Assembly (NCBI GenBank): GCA_949077035.1
Contig: CARUPR010000008.1
Location: forward strand, 5,240 to 69,239
DNA: 64,000 nucleotides
From: an uncultured Eubacteriales bacterium
Lineage (GTDB): Bacteria; Bacillota; Clostridia; Christensenellales; UBA1242
Direction of reading: 5' to 3'
The position numbers and the translations under genes were made by a program. Below are positions 27,709 to 35,800 of this stretch, piece after piece (positions within the stretch are counted from its first letter, which is position 1; each line of letters starts with the position of its first letter). The notes beneath the pieces are model-generated. The model searched no databases. It was not told the origin of the DNA and worked only from the letters and a program-made list of their open reading frames with translations.

Positions 27709-28269
27709 ATGTATATTGCTTTCAGTGGTGTATCATCAAGCGGAAAAAACACGATTATGAATGAGCTTGTCAAAAGAAGGGATAATTTTAAGGTGCTTGA
27801 AAGGTCTTCAGGGACAACACGTCAACCTCGCGAGAGTGACAAGATATTTGACACCTATGTTTATATGAGTGAAGAGGAATTTAAAAAGGGGATACAAGAG
27901 GGCAAGTTTTTTGAATATGAACTTGTGCATGGAAACTATTATGGCACAATTTTGTCGCAGCTTGAAAGGGCTAAAGAGGCAAAAGACATATTTTATATCC
28001 GCGACATTGATGTAAAAGGTGCGGTAAATTTGAAAAAGTTTTTTGGCGATAGTCAGCTTTTTACAATCTTTCTTGATGCCCCAGATGATGTTTTAAGAAA
28101 GAGATTGAAAGAGAGAGGGGACAGCGAAGAGGACATTGAAAAAAGGCTTTCAAGAAGTGTTTTGGAAAGGTCTTTTAAAGATGGCTATGACCTGATAATT
28201 GAAAATATTGATATGGAAAAAACTATTAGAACAATATTTGATTTTGTCGATAGTCGCACGCAAAAATAG
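27709..28269 (+). CDS. guanylate kinase family protein
   Basis: P-loop SGVSSSGKNT, TTRQPRESD...YMSEEEF and VHGNYYGT. Confidence 0.7.
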   Translation: MYIAFSGVSSSGKNTIMNELVKRRDNFKVLERSSGTTRQPRESDKIFDTYVYMSEEEFKKGIQEGKFFEYELVHGNYYGTILSQLERAKEAKDIFYIRDIDVKGAVNLKKFFGDSQLFTIFLDAPDDVLRKRLKERGDSEEDIEKRLSRSVLERSFKDGYDLIIENIDMEKTIRTIFDFVDSRTQK

Positions 28270-28301
28270 AGATAATTAAATAAAAAATGGATAAAAAAGA
28301 T

Positions 28302-28330
28302 AAAAAATCATACATTTTGTATGATTTTTC
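28302..28330. terminator. bidirectional intrinsic terminator
   Basis: aaaaaatcataca-ttt-tgtatgattttt, between convergent genes. Confidence 0.65.
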
Positions 28331-28361
28331 TTTATTTTTAATTAAATTATCTTATTTTTTA

Positions 28362-28904
28362 TTAGTTTTCTTTGTTTTCTTCATCGCCGTTTGATGATGG
28401 TCGGGTAGTGTTTGAATTTGTCAAATCAGCATTTTCTGAATTTAATTTGGCATCACTTTTTGGCTTGCTTTTATTTTCAACGTTTGGGAAAATCTCATCC
28501 ATTTTAAGTGAACATTCTTTAATGACGATTTTGTCGCTGCCATTGATTTCAATTATGCCTTCGCCTTCAAAGACCATGCTTTCAAGACCTGTGTTTGAGC
28601 TGACCATGCCAATGCAATCATTGTTTTGTGCAAGCTTTACAAAAAGTTTGTCTTTTTCAGAAAGCTTTTCCAAATTTTCAAACTTTCCGATATGATAAAT
28701 TTTTTGGTTAAGCTTTTTGGTGGCGACAGGATATATATTGCCATTATATTCAATTTCATCAATCATTCTGTCAAAGGTAATTACTCTATAGCAGTCTTTA
28801 GGAAGTGATAGGTCGTTTATGTCATTTGATTTTACCCTTGTTGTCCTTTCTGCTGGAAGAATGTTTGTGTTTGTGAAAATGGTTGCATAGTGATTTACCT
28901 TCAT
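28362..28904 (-). CDS. hypothetical protein with a low-complexity acidic/Ser-Asn tail
   Basis: Start moved to the ATG at 28904 (MKVNHYATIF...), 4 nt after CAGGAGGCC. Confidence 0.55.
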   Translation of the reverse strand: MKVNHYATIFTNTNILPAERTTRVKSNDINDLSLPKDCYRVITFDRMIDEIEYNGNIYPVATKKLNQKIYHIGKFENLEKLSEKDKLFVKLAQNNDCIGMVSSNTGLESMVFEGEGIIEINGSDKIVIKECSLKMDEIFPNVENKSKPKSDAKLNSENADLTNSNTTRPSSNGDEENKEN

Positions 28905-28973
28905 ATCGGCCTCCTGAAAAACTTTATATAATAAGTTTAACACAAATTAAAATTTTTTGCAAGTCTTATATAA

Positions 28974-29189
28974 AAAAGGACGGAAGAATTGAAATAAAGA
29001 TATAGAGATGAAAAAAGAAGATAAAAAATATGAACAGAAGAAGAGAATAAAAAGGAAGAATTGAAAAGGAAGAAGAAAATAAAAAAAGAGGAATGAAAAA
29101 AAAGAAAATGAGGTGTAAGAAGATATGAAAAGGACGGAAGAATTGAAATGAAGGCGATAAAAAATAAAACAGAAGAAGAGAATAAAAAG
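28974..29189 (+). repeat. polypurine (A/G) intergenic tract with an imperfect ~135-155-bp direct duplication
   Basis: aaaaggacggaagaattgaaat occurs at 28974 and 29128. aacagaagaagagaataaaaag occurs at 29033 and 29168. Very few pyrimidines on the + strand across ~28960-29260. Confidence 0.75.
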
Positions 29190-29356
29190 AAAGAAGAAAG
29201 AAATAAAAAAAGAGTTATTAAAAAAAGATTTAAAAGGAAAGAAAAGATGTGTTGAATGAAGGGGGACTTGGAATAAAAGCCACTTTTTTAATGATTTTAT
29301 ATATAGATAAAGTGCGATAGGGTTATTTTCTCAATTTTGCCCTTATTCGTCAAATT

Positions 29357-31687
29357 TTGGCAAGTAATGATAAGAGGAATGAGAAAGAGGTGAGTTATAA
29401 TCAAGATGAAATGAAATCTAAAATTGTCTATCTATTAAAATTCTTTTTATTTTTACTTTTATTTTTTGTGCTGTCAAGGGCGGGTATAAACGGGGTGATT
29501 TTTCCGTTTGCATTTTCAATGATGTTTGCTCTTGTATGGGCAAATCAAAAGGTTTGGTTGGTCGCTCCTGCCTATATAATTGGTTCTGTGGCAAACAATT
29601 TTTCTTTTGAAGGGGCAATCAGCACACTTGTTGCGGTGATTTTTCTTGTGGTGCCCTATTATATCCATGTCAGCATCAAAAAACCTATGCTTAAGTGGGA
29701 ACTTTTTGTCTATGCCTTTTTAAGTCAAATAGCTTGGCTTGTTTTTGCCATTCTTGGTGATATGGAAATCTATTTTGCAATATTATCTCCAGTTGTCGGA
29801 ATTTTTTATCTCTTCATCGCGCTGTCGATTTTTGAGCCACTTTTGAGGCGTGGGCTTAATCATAAGTTGACCCTGCCTGAAGTGGTTTGCGGTGGTGTGC
29901 TTTTGATGAGCATTGCAAGCGGACTGGCAAGTTGTGATATATATGGTTTTTCTCTTTTAAAACTTTTTGTTGCCTTTTCGCTTTTGTCGATATCGCAGGT
30001 GTCAAATTCTGGCAGAACTATGATATTTGCCTCGCTTATGGGGTTGGGTGCTTTGATAAGCGGAAACAATCCGATGCATATGACCCCTTTCATTATTTGG
30101 GGGCTTGCTGTGATTTCTTTCAAGTTTGCAAATAGAATATTGCCGGCAAGCGCAATTATAGTCAGTGAAGTTTTGATTACCTTCTATTTTCAGCTTTATT
30201 ATTCTTTCACAGTTGTTGGTTTTATGCCTGTTGTGGTGGGAGCAGTGATATTTTTGATTGTGCCAAAGGCCTTTTACAATTCTCTTGCATTGCTGCTTTC
30301 ATCAGAAAAGGAAAGAAGTGCTGTCAAATGTCTATTAAATCGCAATCGTGATATTCTGCAAAGGCGGCTAAATAAACTCTCAGAAGTTTTTTATGATATG
30401 AATGCCGTCTTCCGCACCCTTATAAAACAAAACGCAAGTGAAAGCGAAGCCAAAGAAATGCTTTATGAAGAGATAAAATCGACCATCTGCAAAAATTGTC
30501 CTGAATATAAACATTGCCATAGGACCTTCAGTGAAGATACAAGAGGGATATTTTTAAATCTCATAACCATTTCTTTAGAACGTGGAAAGATAAGCATTCT
30601 TGACCTTCCAAGTTATCTATCCTCAAGATGTGGTCAGTCTGCAAGGTTGATTTCTGAAACAAACACTCTTACAAAACAATATAAATCCTATTCTCAGCTT
30701 GTGGGAAATATTGATACAAGCAAGCTTCTCATTTCCGACCAGCTTGAAGGAATTTCAGGGCTGATGAAAACTTTGGCGGGCGAAGTTGACACGATGATAA
30801 GTATGGATTCTGGTCGAGAAATGAGGATTTTGGACGAATTATCGTCAAACAACATCATCTGCACCGATGCTGTGGTCTATGAAAGAGATGCAAGGACGAT
30901 GATGACAACTTTGGTTGTCCGCGAAGAAGATGTGCAAAAACTTAAGCTTCAATCGATTGTGTCAAAAATATGCGGCAACAAAATGGTGATAAATGATGTA
31001 ACACCAACAGAACGTGCCGGTCTTGTTTCGGTAAATTTAAAAACTGCACCTCGATATGATTGTATTTTCGGTCTTGCAAGCACTCCAAAAGGTGGTGGCG
31101 GTGAGTCTGGTGATAGGCATAGTATTGAGAGGCTTGACGGTGATAAGTTTATCTTTGCAATCTGTGACGGAATGGGAAGCGGTCAGCAGGCAGGCAAAAA
31201 GGCAGAAACTACAATCGGTTTGATAGAAAATTTCTATAAAGCTGGTTTTGAAAGTGAAATTATCTTGTCTTCCGTCAATAGGCTTATGAATCTTGAAAGC
31301 AATGATATCTTTTCAAGCATTGATATCTGTGTGGTCGATTTGAAAGATGGAATTGCCGATTTTGTGAAAATGGGTGCTACAACCTCCTATGTCAGAGGTG
31401 AAGACGGCTGCAAAATTGTTGAATGCTCAGCCCTTCCTGTGGGTATCCTTGACAATGCAAAGGCAATCACAAAAAAGATTGTCTTAAATGATAAAGACAA
31501 CATCGTGCTTTGCTCTGACGGAATAAATGATGCCTTTGGCAGTGATGGCGAATTTAAAGACTTTCTGTTGACTGTCAAAGCCCACAACCCTCAAGAGTTT
31601 GCCGACCAAATTCTTGCAAAAGCTCTTTCAAACAACAATGGCTATGCTGTCGATGATATGACAGTGCTTGTGATAAAGATTTTTTGA
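29357..31687 (+). CDS. spoIIE: stage II sporulation protein E (membrane PP2C phosphatase)
   Basis: About 10 N-terminal TM helices. C-terminal PP2C motifs FAICDGMGSGQQAG, SDGINDAF and DDMTVLVIKI. Start is uncertain: TTG 29357, GTG 29390 or ATG 29411. Confidence 0.9.
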   Translation: MASNDKRNEKEVSYNQDEMKSKIVYLLKFFLFLLLFFVLSRAGINGVIFPFAFSMMFALVWANQKVWLVAPAYIIGSVANNFSFEGAISTLVAVIFLVVPYYIHVSIKKPMLKWELFVYAFLSQIAWLVFAILGDMEIYFAILSPVVGIFYLFIALSIFEPLLRRGLNHKLTLPEVVCGGVLLMSIASGLASCDIYGFSLLKLFVAFSLLSISQVSNSGRTMIFASLMGLGALISGNNPMHMTPFIIWGLAVISFKFANRILPASAIIVSEVLITFYFQLYYSFTVVGFMPVVVGAVIFLIVPKAFYNSLALLLSSEKERSAVKCLLNRNRDILQRRLNKLSEVFYDMNAVFRTLIKQNASESEAKEMLYEEIKSTICKNCPEYKHCHRTFSEDTRGIFLNLITISLERGKISILDLPSYLSSRCGQSARLISETNTLTKQYKSYSQLVGNIDTSKLLISDQLEGISGLMKTLAGEVDTMISMDSGREMRILDELSSNNIICTDAVVYERDARTMMTTLVVREEDVQKLKLQSIVSKICGNKMVINDVTPTERAGLVSVNLKTAPRYDCIFGLASTPKGGGGESGDRHSIERLDGDKFIFAICDGMGSGQQAGKKAETTIGLIENFYKAGFESEIILSSVNRLMNLESNDIFSSIDICVVDLKDGIADFVKMGATTSYVRGEDGCKIVECSALPVGILDNAKAITKKIVLNDKDNIVLCSDGINDAFGSDGEFKDFLLTVKAHNPQEFADQILAKALSNNNGYAVDDMTVLVIKIF

Positions 31688-31714
31688 TAAACTTTTGATG
31701 CCAATCTCAATTTC

Positions 31715-31945
31715 TCAGCAGGAAGGCAAAATCAATTTGAAGATAAACTCAATCAGCCTCAGCTCCCTTTCAACCATATGGTCCATAAACAAAAAATCAT
31801 ATTCTTGAAATAATGTCTTTTGACCCTTTTGCAATGAGTGAATGAGTTTGTCTGTGGCATCATCAAGCTCTTTCGAGGTTTTATAGTGCTCTTTACTGTT
31901 TGCCTCAAGATAACAGTCATAAAATAATCTAACTAATGGTTCCAT
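31715..31945 (-). CDS. 76-aa helical protein, partner of the divergent XRE gene (module 1)
   Basis: SD AAGGAGG. Paralog of 32275..32505, sharing LFYD(C/S)YL...HYKT(S/R)KELDD...(R/Q)EQR(L/I)I. Confidence 0.65.
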   Translation of the reverse strand: MEPLVRLFYDCYLEANSKEHYKTSKELDDATDKLIHSLQKGQKTLFQEYDFLFMDHMVERELRLIEFIFKLILPSC

Positions 31946-31960
31946 TTTTTCCTCCTTAAC

Positions 31961-32025
31961 TTCGACAATTGTTTATATTATATTTCGACAATTGTCTAAT
32001 GTCAAGCGTTTCTTCAACAATTGTT
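31961..32025. promoter_or_regulatory. operator cluster (three ACAATTGT palindromes) overlapping a consensus promoter
   Basis: TTCGACAATTGT at 31961 and 31985, and TTCAACAATTGTTG at 32012. The minus-strand promoter is TTGACA (32000-32005), 17-nt spacer, TATAAT (31977-31982). Box 2 lies in the spacer and box 1 at the predicted transcription start. Confidence 0.6.
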
Positions 32026-32048
32026 GTATATTTATTTAAGAGGAAAAA

Positions 32049-32252
32049 ATGAATAAATTTGGTGAAAGATTGAAAGAATTGAGAATTGAAGCAGGTTTAA
32101 GTCAGCTTCAATTAGCGAAAAAAGTTGGAATAACAAATTCTGCAATTGGTTTGTGGGAGTTTAATAAAAGAGTTCCAAATTTAGATGCTGTGATTGTGTT
32201 GGCAGAATTTTTTGGTGTTACTGTCGGATATATGGCAGGGGTTGAGGACTGA
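32049..32252 (+). CDS. XRE-family helix-turn-helix regulator (67 aa, module 1)
   Basis: MNKFGERLKELRIEAGLSQLQLAKKVGITNSAIGLWE is a canonical HTH_3. Confidence 0.85.
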   Translation: MNKFGERLKELRIEAGLSQLQLAKKVGITNSAIGLWEFNKRVPNLDAVIVLAEFFGVTVGYMAGVED

Positions 32253-32274
32253 TGAAATTCTAATAATCTTTACT

Positions 32275-32505
32275 TTAAATTTCAAGTGATAGCAAAGAAA
32301 ATATATATCCAATAATTCTTTGTTCTCTATCGGATATATGATTTTCAAAAGCAATATCATAATCTATAAACATTTGATATTGTTCATTACTGAGTGTTTC
32401 TAGAAACATTTTGCTTTTGTCATCCAGTTCTTTTCTTGTTTTATAGTGATTTTTAAAATTTTCTTTTAGATAGCTATCGTAAAATAACTTAATAATTATT
32501 TCCAT
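32275..32505 (-). CDS. 76-aa helical protein (module 2)
   Basis: Paralog of 31715..31945. Candidate minus-strand promoter is TTGACA (32559-32564), 18-nt spacer, TAAAAT. Confidence 0.65.
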   Translation of the reverse strand: MEIIIKLFYDSYLKENFKNHYKTRKELDDKSKMFLETLSNEQYQMFIDYDIAFENHISDREQRIIGYIFSLLSLEI

Positions 32506-32609
32506 ATTTACCTCTTTTTAATATTTTCAATTTAATTTTACCCTAATTATTGTTATGATGTCAAGCATTTTCCTAACATTTGTTATAAAATTTTATAAAA
32601 GGGGTAAAA

Positions 32610-32813
32610 ATGAACAAATTTGGCGAAAGATTGAAAGAATTGAGAGAAGAAAAAGGGCTTACGCAGGAAGAACTGGCTGAAGCGATTGGTTATTCTGATG
32701 TTTCAATTTATTATTGGGAAACAGGCAAAAGGCTTCCTTATTTGGATACTGCAATTGTTATTGCACAATTTTTTAAAGTGTCTTTGGACTATTTGGCGGG
32801 CATTGAAGATTAA
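32610..32813 (+). CDS. XRE-family helix-turn-helix regulator (67 aa, module 2)
   Basis: MNKFGERLKELREEKGLTQEELAEAIGYSDVSIYYWE. Roughly half of its residues are identical to module 1 by eye. Confidence 0.85.
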   Translation: MNKFGERLKELREEKGLTQEELAEAIGYSDVSIYYWETGKRLPYLDTAIVIAQFFKVSLDYLAGIED

Positions 32814-32872
32814 TATATGAAATCAATTGATTTTTTAAATGAAAAAAGTTATACTAATGAAAAAGGGGAATA

Positions 32873-33985
32873 ATGGAACATCTTGCTTTATATCGCAAAT
32901 ATCGTCCTTCCAATTTTGATGAAGTGGTGGGGCAGGAACATATTACGCGAGCATTAAAAAATCAGATTGCATCTGGCAGTATTGGCCATGCATATCTTTT
33001 TACTGGTTCGCGAGGGATAGGAAAGACATCAATTGCAAGAATACTTGCAAGGGCGGTGAATTGTCTTGACAATCAAAATGGTTCGCCATGTGGCAGGTGT
33101 GAGAGTTGTCAGAAGCTTGAAAGGCAGAATGACATCAACATCATTGAGATTGACGCGGCGTCAAACAACAGGGTTGACGATGTGAGAGAGCTTCGTGAGA
33201 AGGTTAAGTTTGCGCCAGTTGATGCAAAATATAAGGTTTACATCATTGACGAAGTGCATATGTTGACAGACTCGGCATTCAATGCCCTTCTTAAGACATT
33301 GGAAGAGCCACCAAAGCATATCATCTTTATTTTAGCGACCACAGAGGCGCATAAATTGCCGGCGACAATCTTGTCAAGGTGTGTGAGGTTTGATTTTAGG
33401 TTGGTGGGGCTTGAAGAGCTGGTTGGGCTGCTTAAAAAGGTGTTTGACAGCGAAGAGATTGAATATGATGATGAGGCGCTCAAGGCCATTGCAATTGCGG
33501 GTGAGGGAAGTGTGAGAGATACACTTTCAATTGCAGATAGTGTGATTGCCTATTCAATAGGAAAGGTAACACTTGAGGGCGTTCAAAAGGTGCTGGGCTC
33601 GACTGATGAAAGTTTGATGATTGAATATTTTGACAAACTATACAATAAAGACATTGGTGGGCTTTTGGAGCTTGTCAATCGTCTTGATGAGGGTGGCAAA
33701 AATATGTCCATACTTGTCAAGGACCTTTCAAAGCACGCGCGAAATTTGTTGATTTGCAAGACTTGTGCAAAGCCAAATGAGATTTTGAATATGGCTGATG
33801 AAAGTTTCAACCGCATCAAAAATCAGGCTGAAGATTTTGAAGAAAAGATGCTTATCAGTTATATGCAAAGTTTTGGCGGGGCTGAGAATGAGCTGAGATG
33901 GACAATCTCACCAAGGCTATTGCTTGAAACGCTTTCTCTTTCTGTTATGGCTGGCCTTGGCAGCGAGGACGTAAAAAAAAACTGA
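32873..33985 (+). CDS. dnaX: DNA polymerase III subunit gamma/tau, zero-frame product (domains I-III, 370 aa)
   Basis: Walker A GSRGIGKTS, zinc module CLDNQNGSPCGRCESC, Walker B IIDEVHML and SRC motif ILSRC. Ends at a TGA immediately after an A9 run. Confidence 0.93.
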   Translation: MEHLALYRKYRPSNFDEVVGQEHITRALKNQIASGSIGHAYLFTGSRGIGKTSIARILARAVNCLDNQNGSPCGRCESCQKLERQNDINIIEIDAASNNRVDDVRELREKVKFAPVDAKYKVYIIDEVHMLTDSAFNALLKTLEEPPKHIIFILATTEAHKLPATILSRCVRFDFRLVGLEELVGLLKKVFDSEEIEYDDEALKAIAIAGEGSVRDTLSIADSVIAYSIGKVTLEGVQKVLGSTDESLMIEYFDKLYNKDIGGLLELVNRLDEGGKNMSILVKDLSKHARNLLICKTCAKPNEILNMADESFNRIKNQAEDFEEKMLISYMQSFGGAENELRWTISPRLLLETLSLSVMAGLGSEDVKKN

Positions 33986-33987
33986 AA

Positions 33988-34332
33988 ATGGTGACAAATA
34001 AAGTTCCGCTTACTGCCAAGACGGTTTGGGGTAAGGTGGTGCTTTACTTAAAAGAAAACAGGCAGGTTGCATTGCATGTGGCTTGCGGGGATATCACCGA
34101 TGTTGTCATTGAAAATGGTAAGCTTTCGATAAATGTTGTCGAGCAGATGCTGGCAAATCTTCTTCTTGAAGGGAAGGGGATTATTGAGCGGGCATTGCGA
34201 TGGCAGGGGCTTGAGCTTGAAGTTGAAATCAACATGAAGGTGGCTGTGACCTCTGATGCCGAATATGATAAAAAAAGGCTGAGAGAGGTTTTTGGAGAAA
34301 TAGAACTTATTAAAAGAAATTTATGGAGGTAA
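33988..34332 (+). CDS. dnaX: DnaX tau C-terminal domain in the -1 frame (probably expressed as a fusion via slippage at A9)
   Basis: No SD upstream. The frame stays open back through the A9 run. The pattern W-x2-V-x3-L...AL...(I/L) resembles the C-terminal domain of full-length Firmicutes DnaX. Confidence 0.6.
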   Translation: MVTNKVPLTAKTVWGKVVLYLKENRQVALHVACGDITDVVIENGKLSINVVEQMLANLLLEGKGIIERALRWQGLELEVEINMKVAVTSDAEYDKKRLREVFGEIELIKRNLWR

Positions 34333-34335
34333 AAT

Positions 34336-34659
34336 ATGGGATACAATAATTTTGGAGGATTTGGCGGAGCTAATATGGGTCAACTTATGCGTCAGGCTCA
34401 AAAGATGCAAGAAGATATGGCAAGAGCCAAGCAAGAGCTTGAAGAAAGCGTGTTTACATCATCGGTTGGTGGTGGAATGGTTGAGGTGAAAATGACAGGT
34501 GCAAGAGCTATGCAATCTATCAATATTAAACCTGAAGTGATTGACCCAGATGATAAAGAAATGCTTGAAGACCTTGTCATTTCAGCAGTAAACGACTGCC
34601 TTGAACAAATTTCGCGCAAAGAGCAGGCAAGTATGCCACAAGTTCCAGGGCTTTTCTAG
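34336..34659 (+). CDS. ybaB: nucleoid-associated protein YbaB/EbfC
   Basis: MGQLMRQAQKMQEDMARAKQEL is characteristic. Conserved dnaX-ybaB-recR order. Confidence 0.9.
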   Translation: MGYNNFGGFGGANMGQLMRQAQKMQEDMARAKQELEESVFTSSVGGGMVEVKMTGARAMQSINIKPEVIDPDDKEMLEDLVISAVNDCLEQISRKEQASMPQVPGLF

Positions 34660-34668
34660 GATAAAATT

Positions 34669-35262
34669 ATGAATAATGAAGATGTCATTGAAAAGCTTAT
34701 AGAGCAGTTTCGCACACTGCCGGGTGTGGGATATAAGACGGCACAAAGATATGCTTTTTCAATCATAGAGGGCAAAAAAGAGCGTGCAGAGAGATTTAGT
34801 CAAGCGCTGATTGAAGCCAAGGAAAAGATTGGATTTTGCAAGGTGTGTGGCAATTTTACAGACAGAGAAATTTGTCCTATTTGCAATAGTAGAAACAGAA
34901 AGATTATATGTGTTGTAAAAGAGCCAAAGGATGTGCTTGCAATGGAAAAGGTCAAGTCATATCAAGGTGTTTATCATGTCTTATTTGGCACAATCAGTCC
35001 GCTTGAACATCGTGGGCCAAATGATATAAAAATCAAAGAACTGCTTTCACGTGTTCAGTCTGACAATGTTGAAGAGGTGATTATGGCGACAAATCCTGAT
35101 GTTGAAGGTGATGCAACTGCCATGTATATTGCAAAAATTTTATCACCGCTTGGCGTGAAGGTGACAAGACTGGCGCAGGGTGTTTCTATGGGAAGCGACC
35201 TTGAATATGCCGATGAAGTCACACTTTCAAGGGCACTTGAAGGAAGGCGTGATTTAAATTGA
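34669..35262 (+). CDS. recR: recombination protein RecR
   Basis: Hh[15 protein letters not shown], zinc finger CKVCGN...CPIC, and a Toprim region. Confidence 0.93.
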   Translation: MNNEDVIEKLIEQFRTLPGVGYKTAQRYAFSIIEGKKERAERFSQALIEAKEKIGFCKVCGNFTDREICPICNSRNRKIICVVKEPKDVLAMEKVKSYQGVYHVLFGTISPLEHRGPNDIKIKELLSRVQSDNVEEVIMATNPDVEGDATAMYIAKILSPLGVKVTRLAQGVSMGSDLEYADEVTLSRALEGRRDLN

Positions 35263-35363
35263 TTTTGGTGTTTTTGCAAGATATTGTATTTTGTTTGAAA
35301 GAATTGATACCATATATAGATAAGGTATTATTGCAAAAAAGTTTAAACAAAATCTAATTTTAT

Positions 35364-35645
35364 TTTTTACAATATTTTACAAAATGTTTCAAAAATCGCA
35401 TTTTATTTTTTACAATATTTTACAAAATTCGCTAAATTATTTTTACAATATCAACAGATAAATTTTTACAATATTTTACAAAATGTTACAAAATTTTTAA
35501 ATAGGCCTTAAAATAAAATTTGTAAAATTCTTTACAAAATTAGACTTTTTTGAACAAAATTTTTACATTGGCTAAAATATCGTTTGAAAAACTGATTGAA
35601 AATATATTTTTACAAAATTTTACAAAAATGTTACAAAATTAGACA
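35364..35645. repeat. array of TTACAAAAT-type motifs including three copies of a 22-mer
   Basis: TTTTTACAATATTTTACAAAAT at 35364, 35407 and 35463. A partial copy at 35440. Further (T)TTACAAAAT copies out to 35645, at least a dozen TACAA cores in total. Confidence 0.8.
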
Positions 35646-35800
35646 TAATTCTTTTTCAATAAAGACAATTCTCTTAAAATAAATAAAATTTTTATGGAAA
35701 GAATGGAGAGTTTTTAAGGATAAAAAGTTGTTTGATTTGCAAAATTTATATTTGCTTTTGCTCTAAATAATTTTACATATAAGACAAAGTTGGAGATGAG

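Noticed and set aside
29346-29352. Spo0A box (TTCGTCA, complement of TGACGAA) as the spoIIE regulator site
   Set aside because: It is a single heptamer lying only 5 nt from the annotated TTG start. Chance occurrence is likely, and its position relative to any promoter is unclear because the true start codon is uncertain.
35364-35645. Possible CRISPR array (also considered for the repeats at 7932-7984)
   Set aside because: The repeats are only 16-22 bp and AT-only. Spacing is irregular (43, 33, 23, 56 bp), the spacers themselves contain partial repeats, and there are no cas genes in the window.
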